This document shows, one piece after another, positions 28,937 to 38,154 of a stretch of 64,000 bases of DNA. The stretch lies in IMG/VR virus record IMGVR_UViG_3300008954_000036. The stretch is one strand, 5' to 3'. The stretch's first letter is position 1. Each line of letters opens with the position of its first letter. The notes below the pieces were generated by a model. The model searched no databases, was not told the DNA's origin, and worked only from the letters and a program-made list of their open reading frames with translations. A program made the translations under genes and the position numbers. Origin of the DNA: an uncultured virus (IMG/VR IMGVR_UViG_3300008954_000036). Its lineage: Duplodnaviria > Heunggongvirae > Uroviricota > Caudoviricetes.

Positions 28937-29542
28937 ATGGAGCAATTACCTGTTGCGGAAGTTATGGAAGAGTATAGGATTACAGATAAAAATGGTATTT
29001 CTTTAGTTCTTCAAATTAAAAATGTACCCGTAGTTCAAACAGCTAATAAACTAGCTAAAGCGTTGCGTACAATAAAGAATCATTGGTTTAGTTCCGAGAT
29101 TATGGAATCTAATTTAGTTGAGCAGCTAAAAGATGATATCCGTAAATTGCGGGATGAGTTCGATGACTTGGAGGCTAAGGTTCCTGATTTAAAACAGGAG
29201 AATACAGAAGACTTGAAGGTATTCATTGAAATTAATGAGAAGCTGGAAAAGTTAGGAAAAGACTTAGCAAATAAAACCCAGGAACTAGAGTTTGAAAAGC
29301 TGGTAGTCTCTATAGAGAGAGGGTCCACTATGCCCTTGATCGTTATTAAAGAAGTGCTAGGTATTATATGCCCAGGGACTAACGTAACCGATGATTTAGC
29401 TGAGTGTATTTCTTTTAAGGATATCTTAGGCTTAGCTGAAAAGTTCATGGAGGTAAATAAGCTTGACCAGATACCAAAAAAGCTCCTACCTCAGGGAATG
29501 AAAGAACAGATTCAAAAGCTAATCTCTGGGGGTCTGGCTTAG
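28937..29542 (+). CDS. Tail assembly chaperone (gpG-like)
   Basis: Lies between the tail tube and tape measure genes; slippery site near the 3' end. Confidence 0.7.
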   Translation: MEQLPVAEVMEEYRITDKNGISLVLQIKNVPVVQTANKLAKALRTIKNHWFSSEIMESNLVEQLKDDIRKLRDEFDDLEAKVPDLKQENTEDLKVFIEINEKLEKLGKDLANKTQELEFEKLVVSIERGSTMPLIVIKEVLGIICPGTNVTDDLAECISFKDILGLAEKFMEVNKLDQIPKKLLPQGMKEQIQKLISGGLA

Positions 29543-29748
29543 TATGGTTATTGGGGTTAGGTTATAGTAGAGACGACATTATTTTAAAGATACGGTTTCC
29601 AGAATTGGTTACGCTTATAAGGACGCAATATGCAATGAATGAGCAAATGAACAAAGCTTCTGGTAGCCCAGGAGGGCTAACCCCTTCCTCGGACCCAAGA
29701 ATCCAAGCAATGATTTCACAGGCGGAAGCTAAAAAATCTAAAGGTTAA
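29476..29748 (+). CDS. -1 frameshift extension of the tail chaperone (gpGT-like)
   Basis: A-AAA-AAG at 29476-29482; the -1 frame stays open (APTSGNERTD...LGYSRDDI...) to the stop at 29748. Confidence 0.75.
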   Translation, partial: KKAPTSGNERTDSKANLWGSGLVWLLGLGYSRDDIILKIRFPELVTLIRTQYAMNEQMNKASGSPGGLTPSSDPRIQAMISQAEAKKSKG

Positions 29749-29750
29749 TT

Positions 29751-32700
29751 ATGACAGAAACTCACACTATAGTAGTAAAAGCTGATATATCTGATGTTAA
29801 AAGACAGCTCAGAAGTCTTGAGGACTTCGCTAAGCGTATGGAGGCTCTAAAAGTAGATGGGAAGTTTGACAGAAATAGGGTTATAGAAAAACAAAAAGGT
29901 CGAGTAAGAATCTTAACCCGTGAAGCATCAAATCTTCTACATATTCATGAGCAAATAGAAGAAACACAAGGTAAGATAAATACACAGTATAAGCAGGCCT
30001 TAGCCACTGTTCAGGCAGTAAGAGGCCCTAAACACGCACACCGATTTTTTCAAGAGAGGGTAGTAAATCCTGAAACAGGTAAAATGAACTTTCAGGATAT
30101 TGCAAGAGGGGATACACCTACAGGCGTTTTAAAATTTAAGAGGGGCTTAACCGACGAAGCTAAACAAGCGTATAGGCAGGCGGCGGAGATTACTTCTATA
30201 TCTGCTCTAGGGAATGTAGATACTTACGACAAGCAGCTACGAACAGCTAAAAGAAAAGCAGATAGATTGTTTGGGTCTGATGTGGGGTCCGTAACGGATT
30301 CTATAGACAGGATGGTCAGCTCCGTAACTGAGGAATCTTTTCTCAGAAAGGGCGGAGTAGTAGCAAATAACAGAGGTAATCCGGTATTCCCAGACCCCAC
30401 TAAGCAACTAACAAATGAGCAAGTTGTCAGCATGTTTAAGGCTAATAACCCGCAAGCTAGTAAAGCAGCCCTAAACAATTACTTAAAAAGACTGGATAAC
30501 GACAATTATTTCAGTGATGAATTCGGTAAAGGTAAAACTACGGCTCAGGTAGACTACAGGGTAAAGCAAAGTGAGGAGGCATTTAAAAAAGCTAAAGGGG
30601 CAAAAGACCTTAAGCATATGGAAAAGCTTAGGGGGTCGTTGGAGCAGTATTCTAAAAAATTCATGCACCCTTCTTTATTGGATAAGGTGCAGCGCTCTTT
30701 GGATAAATACGATACGGCTATACGAGTCAGAAGGGATAAGGTAGAGGCGGCGGCCACAAAAGCAGCAACTAGGGCGGCCAAAGTACAACTCGAACAAACC
30801 CACGATAGGCGAATGGGGGAGCTGTCTGGCAAATCCGAGAAGCAAGTTAAAAGCGAGCTTAAGAAGTCTTTAAAAGCAGAGCAAAAAGCAGCAAAGACTC
30901 TTGAAAAATACGGAACCGAAAAGGCTAAAACAGCTCTTGAGCAGGCAACCCTTTATAGAAAAGGGCTTACTACCTTGGTAGCAAACAAGGAAAAAGAAGC
31001 ACAAGCTGTGAGTAAAAAACAAAAATCAGATGCCGAAGCTTCTAAAGTAAAGAGAATAGTTGATAGACAAAGAGACTTAGGTAATAAGTTTAAAGTCGCT
31101 GTTGGTAAAAAAGATTATGCCGATATCCGCAAAGTGGAGGCTATAGCAGCGCAAAGAGGTAAATTTTTAGCAAAGGATTTCCCGCAGGAGGCAGCTAAAT
31201 ATGATGCTTTATCCGCTAATGCTCAGTCTAAGCTGGAGGGGAGAGGTTTAGGCGTAGGAGGAGGGGCAGTACCTAGGGGGGTTATAGAGCAGGCAGCTAA
31301 ACTTAAATCCCTGTCGGAGGCTAATACAGCAGTACAGGCTCAGCAAGCTAGGCTAAGAAAAGCAACCGTAGCTCTAGGTAAAGAAGATAATGACGTAAAT
31401 GCCCAGGCGGTAGAACGAGAACGAAAATCTTTAGACCTGCTTAAGGGAAGCCAAAAGGAGTTCAGGGCGCAGGCGGTAGTACGGAGAAACTTATTCACCA
31501 GCTCCTTGCAAGAGGACGTTAAAACAATGTCTGTTCAGCAGTTAAAGAATAAGCTTCTGAGAACAGAAAAGGAAATTAAAGAGCAGAGGACTAAAACCGG
31601 AACCAGCAGGGATAGTTATGATCTGGCTATTCTTAAGGAACACGAAAAGCGTAAAGGAATTATAGAAAAAGGGATTAACGCTAAAGAAAGAGCAGTCAGT
31701 AACCAGAAGATTCAAAAGCAGAAGGACACTACCTCATTAATAGATTCTGAGATTAACAGATTAAAGACAAAACAAAGAGCGTTAAAAAAGGAAGAAAACA
31801 CCAGAAAAGCTATAACAGAGGCTACTAAGCAATCAGCTTTTGCTAGTAAGGCAGCGGCTTCTATAGTAGGCAGAAGAGATACTTTACTTAGTAAAGGCTC
31901 TTCAAGAACTGCAGCGGAGGGTAGCGAGCTTGACGGGCTTGAAAAAAGGTATGGGAAATTAAGAGGTCTGGAAAGTAGTTTTAATAACATAGTCACTAAA
32001 AACCAAAACGCCAGAGATAGAAAAGCAAAGCAACTCCTGAATCAAAGAGGTCAAAGGAAAAGAAAACAGGAAGCCGACGATAAAAACAGGGCTAGGTTCG
32101 GCAGAAAGGTAGCTGCCGAAGAGTCGAGATTAGCCAAGATTACGGCAACAAATCTAGTAGGCCTTAGAGCAGAGGCCTCCAAGTATAGGGCAGAGCAAAA
32201 CCGCATTACGCAGGAGCTTAGAAAGCAGTATAACGCAGGTGAAAAATTAGGAATAGCCCAAGAAGATATGATAGCCAAAAGTCAAAGATTGGCTAAAAAA
32301 GAAAGAGAAGTTCTTAACTTGATTAGGGCGCAGGAAGCGGCGGAATCTTCTGCAGCGTCATTAAGGGAAGGTAAAATAGCAAAAGCGGTAAGTAACCGCT
32401 ACCAAGGGGTAGATACTAAAGTAGGTGCCATATATAGCCGGGGAGCTGCCGGAAAGAGTAGTTTTCTTCCTACTGTAAGAACTCAAAGGTCTATCTCCCT
32501 GCTTAGTAAAGAGCTGGCGCTTACTAGAGAAAAGCTATCTGTTTTAAATAAAACCAAGGAAACTCAACGTAATACTTTTCTGATACAAAAGAAAAAGAAC
32601 GCTTTATTACAGCTTGAGGCTAGTTTGGTGGGCAGAATAGGCAAACTTCAAAAGTTGCAAGGCAGGTTTTGGGGGGAGGCCCAGAGAAGTTTTACCCAGT

Positions 32701-35700
32701 TTAGGCAAGTATTTTTTACTGCTTTAATCGCCTCTGCTACTTTTGTATATCCTATGATGAGGCTTATACGCACAGCGGGGGAGGCAGAAAAAGCGTTAAA
32801 TGCTTTGAATAGGCAGGCTAGGTTTAGCGGGATATTTGGGGATAGGGCGCAAAAGACCGTAGCTAATTTAGATATTGTTCAGAAAGGTCTAGTATCTATA
32901 GGCGAGGCAGGTAAAGCAGTAAGAAATCTAATGAGGATGGGTTTTACTTTTGATGAGGCCGTAGCAGCAGCAAAACAAATTACAGAAATATCCATTGAAA
33001 ATAAACAGTCTGCATTAACACTGGGCCAAGCCCTTGTTTCTACTACCGAGGGTTTTCGTCAAAACTTGTCCGTGTTGGCCGATGCCGGTGGTATTACTAA
33101 AAATATATCACAGATTAATAAAGAGTATGCTGATTCTATAGGTAAGACTGTGGCTCAACTCACGAAAAGAGAGAGGGTGATGGCCTTACAAAGGGAAATT
33201 AGTATAGAGGCTACCCTTGCTTCTGGGGCTTTAGAATCCGTTATGTCTACTTTGGCTGGGTCGGTTGATAGCACTTCCGGGGCTTTTACTATTATGCAAC
33301 AAAAACTAGGCTTGGAGCTTAAGCCAGCTATTATTTATATAACGAAGCAACTAAAAGAGTGGATCAAAAGTTTCAGCGATACTGCTACCGGAGTAGGAAA
33401 TGTTACATCACGTATAGGGGTTGCTATTTTTGCTATGACTAAGTTTGCGGCTGTTATAGCAATATTGGCTGCGAATATTTTCTTGGTTAAAGGGGTTTTA
33501 AATAGTTTTGCCGGGGCCATAGCCTGGATTATACCTTTGCTTATTAAAGGGGGCGCTGTGGCGGGTTTTTTAGGCTCAGCAGCAGGCCCAATAGCTCTCC
33601 TTGGTTTAGCTATAGCGGGGTTGACTTACTATATTTACTCAGAAATACAGGCAATGGAAGACCTTACTAAAAAGAATAGGGAAGCAGTTAGGCCTATTCA
33701 CCTAGTAAAAAAAGCTGTGAATGATTTAGGCAGAGAAGCAAATAAAAATCAAAGGGATTTAGCCGACCTTAAAGCTAGTGTTGATGCTTTTAAAGACACC
33801 GGGGAAGGGGTAGATCAGCTAAAGAGTAAGTTTCTACAGTTAGCTGAGGTTCAAAATAGTGCTTTTTTAACCGGTATGGTAAATGCTGATAATTTTGGGA
33901 CTAAAGTAGATAAGGTTTTAGGTATAGTTGAAAGACGAATGAAAGAAACTATACGCTTAAAGGCCTTAGCTGAGCGAGATTTAATAAGAACCGAAATTAA
34001 GACTAAGGAAGAGGGCTTAAGGAGCTACGGGTCTAGCAAAGGAAATTTTGTAAGATCAAACATAATAGCTGCCAAGGTTTTAGACGATGAAAACTTTGCT
34101 AAACTACCAGGTAACTTTACCTCGGATGATTCACAATTACTGGAGAGGTTTTTACAAAGTACTACCCCGGAGGAGTTGGCAAATTTAAGGAGCACAGATA
34201 CTAAAAGCAGGACAGGGGATAGGCTACTGCATATGGTGATGGGTTTATCTGATAGTGCTTTTGGCCCAAACGTAGCGAATAATATAAAAAAGTATTTTAG
34301 GCTCAGCAGCAGGCCCAATAGCTCTCCCGGTTATGGACCCGCAGATCCAGTTCCTGGTAGTAATAGGCAATACGCTAATAGGCCTAAAGTGCTAGAGGTT
34401 CTATATTCTTTGATGGAGAGATATACAGAAGAAGCAAGACAAGGGGAAATTAAAAATCTGGAAGAGCTTAGGTCTAGGCTAGAGTTAACGAATAAAATTA
34501 TAGCCGGGAGAGTATTTAAAACTTCTGGGTTATCGTCTGGGGAAGAGGTAACGGAAGACACCACAAAAGAAGATTTGGAAACAACCCTTAAAAAATTCAA
34601 AACATTTGAGAATTTAACAGCCGCTAACTTAGAAATGCAGACCAGATTATCTATAACAGTAAACAACTTACCGAAAGGTACCCCAAAAGAAAAAAAGAGC
34701 TTTTACAGCTCCCTTATCGAGGCTCTAAGAGGTCCTGATAATGAAATAGAGCTAACAAGGGAGGAAATTTCAAATTTAACTGAAGAGGAGGTGGAAATAG
34801 CAGAACAGGTAAAAAAATTGCTAATAGCCAGGGAGAAGGTTAGGGAAGCAAGAGAAAAGCAAGATGCCAAAAACTCTAAGAGAAGAGATGAACGGCTAGG
34901 CAGAGATTTAGCCGCTTATTCTAATCTTGAAGATTTAGTAAAAGATAAAGGAAAAGAGATAAAGGGTTTGGAAACAGAGATTAAAATGCAATATGAGATT
35001 CAGGACTTGAACGAAGAACTGAACAAAGCAGAGGAAGGGGGTAAAGCCTCAATACAGGCACAAATTCAAAATCTTCAAAGAAAGCAAAAACTTGGCAGAA
35101 TAGTAAATAAATTAATGGGGGAGGCTATAAGACATGAAGATACTACTGCCGAAATGACTTTCTACAAAGACAGGAAAACAGAGGAGCAAATAAAGGAACA
35201 CTTAAAAAATGTTCAAGCCCTTATTGCCGTTAAACAGGAGCGATTAAAGCTTGCTGAATCTTTAGGGGCTATAGATAAACAACATATAGAAACACTAGAA
35301 AAGCAAATTAGCGATAGGGAGAAAGAAGTAAAACATTATCGGGCGCAATTAGCAGATAAGCAAGTACAAAACAGAGCTTATACGCAAATCCTGGAAAAGG
35401 AAAAAGCCTTAAATGAGAAGTATAGAAACAGAATTATCCAAGTGTTTGAGCGCATTAAACTTCGTAGTCAATTAAGTAACCTTCTGGAAAAAGCTCAAAC
35501 CGACGCAGCTAAGAATAGGATTAAAAACAAGATATCGACGTTTGATGAAAAGAATCGCCGGGGTATACAGAACTTAAGTGATCTAAAATCCTACGGTATC
35601 GGTGGGGGTATACGAGAGTTGGAGGCCGAGAAGGAAGCAGTAGATAAACTAAGAGAAAGGATCACAAAAGACACTAGTATAAACAGAAAAAGTGAGGAGG

Positions 35701-36173
35701 CTCAGCTTAAAGACTCAGGGGATAGGCTTATACAGATTGATCAACAAATAGCTAATGAGAGAATTCGTATTACTCAGCAAACAGCTAATACTATGAAAGA
35801 AACTTGGACTAGTGGGTTCGCTGATATAATTAAAGGTACTAAAACATGGGGGGATATGCTCTATGATGTTTTTGCCGGGATTATGGATCGCTTAAATAAA
35901 TTAGTTATGGAAAGGGCTATAGAAGAATCTTTTTTAGGTAATCTATTTGATAGCATTGCCGGGTCTGTAACTAAGGGCGGCTTAGGCGGAGCGGATGGTA
36001 TGCCTAGTTATTTAAGTCCTTCATTAAGCAAAGTGGGTGGCGGGGATATTCATATTAATATTGAAGGGGATGTAATGGACCCCGAAGCTATGGTAGAAAA
36101 AAGAATGGCTCCGGCAATACAAAAAGTAGTTTATGATACTGGTAGAAAAACTAACTTATTCAAAGGAAATTAG
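29751..36173 (+). CDS. Tape measure protein
   Basis: 2140 aa; helical, Ala/Lys-rich, with hydrophobic segments; follows the chaperone genes. Confidence 0.88.
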   Translation: MTETHTIVVKADISDVKRQLRSLEDFAKRMEALKVDGKFDRNRVIEKQKGRVRILTREASNLLHIHEQIEETQGKINTQYKQALATVQAVRGPKHAHRFFQERVVNPETGKMNFQDIARGDTPTGVLKFKRGLTDEAKQAYRQAAEITSISALGNVDTYDKQLRTAKRKADRLFGSDVGSVTDSIDRMVSSVTEESFLRKGGVVANNRGNPVFPDPTKQLTNEQVVSMFKANNPQASKAALNNYLKRLDNDNYFSDEFGKGKTTAQVDYRVKQSEEAFKKAKGAKDLKHMEKLRGSLEQYSKKFMHPSLLDKVQRSLDKYDTAIRVRRDKVEAAATKAATRAAKVQLEQTHDRRMGELSGKSEKQVKSELKKSLKAEQKAAKTLEKYGTEKAKTALEQATLYRKGLTTLVANKEKEAQAVSKKQKSDAEASKVKRIVDRQRDLGNKFKVAVGKKDYADIRKVEAIAAQRGKFLAKDFPQEAAKYDALSANAQSKLEGRGLGVGGGAVPRGVIEQAAKLKSLSEANTAVQAQQARLRKATVALGKEDNDVNAQAVERERKSLDLLKGSQKEFRAQAVVRRNLFTSSLQEDVKTMSVQQLKNKLLRTEKEIKEQRTKTGTSRDSYDLAILKEHEKRKGIIEKGINAKERAVSNQKIQKQKDTTSLIDSEINRLKTKQRALKKEENTRKAITEATKQSAFASKAAASIVGRRDTLLSKGSSRTAAEGSELDGLEKRYGKLRGLESSFNNIVTKNQNARDRKAKQLLNQRGQRKRKQEADDKNRARFGRKVAAEESRLAKITATNLVGLRAEASKYRAEQNRITQELRKQYNAGEKLGIAQEDMIAKSQRLAKKEREVLNLIRAQEAAESSAASLREGKIAKAVSNRYQGVDTKVGAIYSRGAAGKSSFLPTVRTQRSISLLSKELALTREKLSVLNKTKETQRNTFLIQKKKNALLQLEASLVGRIGKLQKLQGRFWGEAQRSFTQFRQVFFTALIASATFVYPMMRLIRTAGEAEKALNALNRQARFSGIFGDRAQKTVANLDIVQKGLVSIGEAGKAVRNLMRMGFTFDEAVAAAKQITEISIENKQSALTLGQALVSTTEGFRQNLSVLADAGGITKNISQINKEYADSIGKTVAQLTKRERVMALQREISIEATLASGALESVMSTLAGSVDSTSGAFTIMQQKLGLELKPAIIYITKQLKEWIKSFSDTATGVGNVTSRIGVAIFAMTKFAAVIAILAANIFLVKGVLNSFAGAIAWIIPLLIKGGAVAGFLGSAAGPIALLGLAIAGLTYYIYSEIQAMEDLTKKNREAVRPIHLVKKAVNDLGREANKNQRDLADLKASVDAFKDTGEGVDQLKSKFLQLAEVQNSAFLTGMVNADNFGTKVDKVLGIVERRMKETIRLKALAERDLIRTEIKTKEEGLRSYGSSKGNFVRSNIIAAKVLDDENFAKLPGNFTSDDSQLLERFLQSTTPEELANLRSTDTKSRTGDRLLHMVMGLSDSAFGPNVANNIKKYFRLSSRPNSSPGYGPADPVPGSNRQYANRPKVLEVLYSLMERYTEEARQGEIKNLEELRSRLELTNKIIAGRVFKTSGLSSGEEVTEDTTKEDLETTLKKFKTFENLTAANLEMQTRLSITVNNLPKGTPKEKKSFYSSLIEALRGPDNEIELTREEISNLTEEEVEIAEQVKKLLIAREKVREAREKQDAKNSKRRDERLGRDLAAYSNLEDLVKDKGKEIKGLETEIKMQYEIQDLNEELNKAEEGGKASIQAQIQNLQRKQKLGRIVNKLMGEAIRHEDTTAEMTFYKDRKTEEQIKEHLKNVQALIAVKQERLKLAESLGAIDKQHIETLEKQISDREKEVKHYRAQLADKQVQNRAYTQILEKEKALNEKYRNRIIQVFERIKLRSQLSNLLEKAQTDAAKNRIKNKISTFDEKNRRGIQNLSDLKSYGIGGGIRELEAEKEAVDKLRERITKDTSINRKSEEAQLKDSGDRLIQIDQQIANERIRITQQTANTMKETWTSGFADIIKGTKTWGDMLYDVFAGIMDRLNKLVMERAIEESFLGNLFDSIAGSVTKGGLGGADGMPSYLSPSLSKVGGGDIHINIEGDVMDPEAMVEKRMAPAIQKVVYDTGRKTNLFKGN
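33568..34327 (+). repeat. Exact 33-bp direct repeat (33568-33600 and 34295-34327) inside the tape measure gene
   Basis: TTTTAGGCTCAGCAGCAGGCCCAATAGCTCTCC occurs twice, 727 bp apart. Confidence 0.9.
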
Positions 36174-36175
36174 AT

Positions 36176-36574
36176 ATGGGCGTTCTCTCCCCCTATGTTA
36201 CTAATCCTGGAGATTTTAAATGGAAGCCGAAGCACACTATTTCGGTGGATGAGGATATACCGAAAGTTTTAAGCACTACCGGAACCAATGTTGTAAAAAC
36301 CGCAATTATAGGTAGTGCGCCTGCTAGATCATGGGAGTTAGAGTTTGAGTGTAGTTTAGCTATTTATCAAGAAATTTACACCTTTCTAAGGTCTAAGCGT
36401 TTCGGCGGTTTAGAATTTACTTGGAGGGACCAAGAAATAAATAAGCTCTTCACGGTAAGGCAGGCAGAAAAATTGAAAAGAAAGGTTTATTCAGATAACA
36501 CAGATAACCAAGATACCCTAGCGGTTCATTTTTCTTTATCTCTAATCCAATCTACGGATGTTGCGACGATCTAA
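36176..36574 (+). CDS. Distal tail protein (lambda gpM-like)
   Basis: Follows the TMP; RSWELEF...FTW pattern. Confidence 0.6.
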   Translation: MGVLSPYVTNPGDFKWKPKHTISVDEDIPKVLSTTGTNVVKTAIIGSAPARSWELEFECSLAIYQEIYTFLRSKRFGGLEFTWRDQEINKLFTVRQAEKLKRKVYSDNTDNQDTLAVHFSLSLIQSTDVATI

Positions 36575-37749
36575 TGCCTAAAGTTGACCCAGAAATTTCA
36601 GCCTATTTCCAAAACCATACGGTTAATATAAGCTTTTTTATGGAAATAGAAGTATCTGTAGGAAGCCCTAATATTTACTACCGTTACTGCATTAATAATT
36701 TCCCGCTAATAACAGATAGCGCTACTGTTAATTGGCTCCCTTGGCCTATTGATATAGAAGAGTTTTTACACCGATTAAACGAAACCTCACATTCTGCAAG
36801 GGTTAATATTTTTGATCCTGCCGGTATCAATACTCCTGGGTCTATTAAGTCTTTGTTACAAAATGAGCAAATACTTAATAGGTCTACTTTCAGGATGTGG
36901 CTAGTACCTCTGGGCGTTAGAGATAATACTTTTACTACCTGTAAAATACACAGTACAGACCTAAATAAAGTGGTTAATTTTGCAGGTAATCCGGGGCTTG
37001 GGGTTACTGATCTTATAGAGGTAGGGGATAGTAACGGTAACTATGCCGGAGAAGTAATAGCTGTAACTATGAACGGTGCTGCCGAGGAGATAGAGGTAGA
37101 TTACGGAGGTAACGGGCCTCAGACATTAAACCAAAACGCCACTATAAAAATACCATTTTATAAGGACAGGCAATTTTGGGTACAAATGTATGTAGGAAAA
37201 TTGAATACCGCATCCCCCGGCGAGAGTGGGGTATCTATTGAACTACAGTCAGAGGTTGATTTTTTATCTGGGGAAATTCCTAAAGTAACTTATAGCTATA
37301 CCTGCCCGTATAATACAGGAGACATACATTGCAGTAGAATTACTTCTAATTTTGTTAAAAGTGCCACTTATGATGTTATTTCCGGGTCTGGTAAAACAAT
37401 CACAGTAGACAATATACAACCTAGCGGAACGGTAGTCCCCCCCGCAGGGGCTACTGATTTAGCTTATTGGACAATGGGGTTATGCACTTTCAAAACTGGG
37501 GGGCTGTCTGGTCTTTACAGGATAATCAGGTCTTGTGTTCAAAACGGTACGGGTTACGATTTAACTTTGGATAGGGCAATACCTGGTTCTATATCCTCTG
37601 GAACGGCAGAACTAAAACCAAATTGTAATAGGACTTTCAAAGACTGTAAAGATAGGTTTACTAACAATGTAAATTTCGATGGTAAGCAGTCTATTATTCG
37701 TAGTGTTGGAGGGCTTAATGTGCCACGTACAGAAAATTTTACAGGATGA
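36574..37749 (+). CDS. Tail tip protein (lambda gpL-like, Cys cluster)
   Basis: CPYNTGDIHC ... CNRTFKDCKDRFTNNVNF. Confidence 0.7.
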   Translation: MPKVDPEISAYFQNHTVNISFFMEIEVSVGSPNIYYRYCINNFPLITDSATVNWLPWPIDIEEFLHRLNETSHSARVNIFDPAGINTPGSIKSLLQNEQILNRSTFRMWLVPLGVRDNTFTTCKIHSTDLNKVVNFAGNPGLGVTDLIEVGDSNGNYAGEVIAVTMNGAAEEIEVDYGGNGPQTLNQNATIKIPFYKDRQFWVQMYVGKLNTASPGESGVSIELQSEVDFLSGEIPKVTYSYTCPYNTGDIHCSRITSNFVKSATYDVISGSGKTITVDNIQPSGTVVPPAGATDLAYWTMGLCTFKTGGLSGLYRIIRSCVQNGTGYDLTLDRAIPGSISSGTAELKPNCNRTFKDCKDRFTNNVNFDGKQSIIRSVGGLNVPRTENFTG

Positions 37750-38152
37750 GTTTTTAGGCAAGCCTTACGTTATAGGGGGCAGAGGGGATCAAGGCTTTGA
37801 TTGTTTAACTCTTACTATGGGAGTTCTTAGCAGGTTCAAGGGCATAGTAACAGATAGAGAAGTGATTAAGAAATATCGAGAATTCTACTCTTTCAACGAT
37901 GTTAGGTTTTTATTTAAGGAAATGCAGAAACACTTAGAACTAGTTTGGAAAGGGTCTTACACTAATTTTAAGTGGCCGCCACTCAAACAGTTCGATGTTT
38001 TGATTTTCAGGGTAGAAACTATCCCATGCCACTTAGGTACTTACATAGGAAATAATGAAGTAATAACCACTACGCAAGATAGTTGTGTGCGTATTATATC
38101 CTTAACCGATCCTCATTGGTTTAAAAGGATATACGCACAGTTTAGGGGGTAA
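37718..38152 (+). CDS. NlpC/P60 tail tip protein (gpK-like)
   Basis: GKPYVIGGRGDQGFDC...HLGTYIG; GGAGG before the ATG at 37718. Confidence 0.75.
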   Translation: MCHVQKILQDEFLGKPYVIGGRGDQGFDCLTLTMGVLSRFKGIVTDREVIKKYREFYSFNDVRFLFKEMQKHLELVWKGSYTNFKWPPLKQFDVLIFRVETIPCHLGTYIGNNEVITTTQDSCVRIISLTDPHWFKRIYAQFRG

Positions 38153-38154
38153 CT

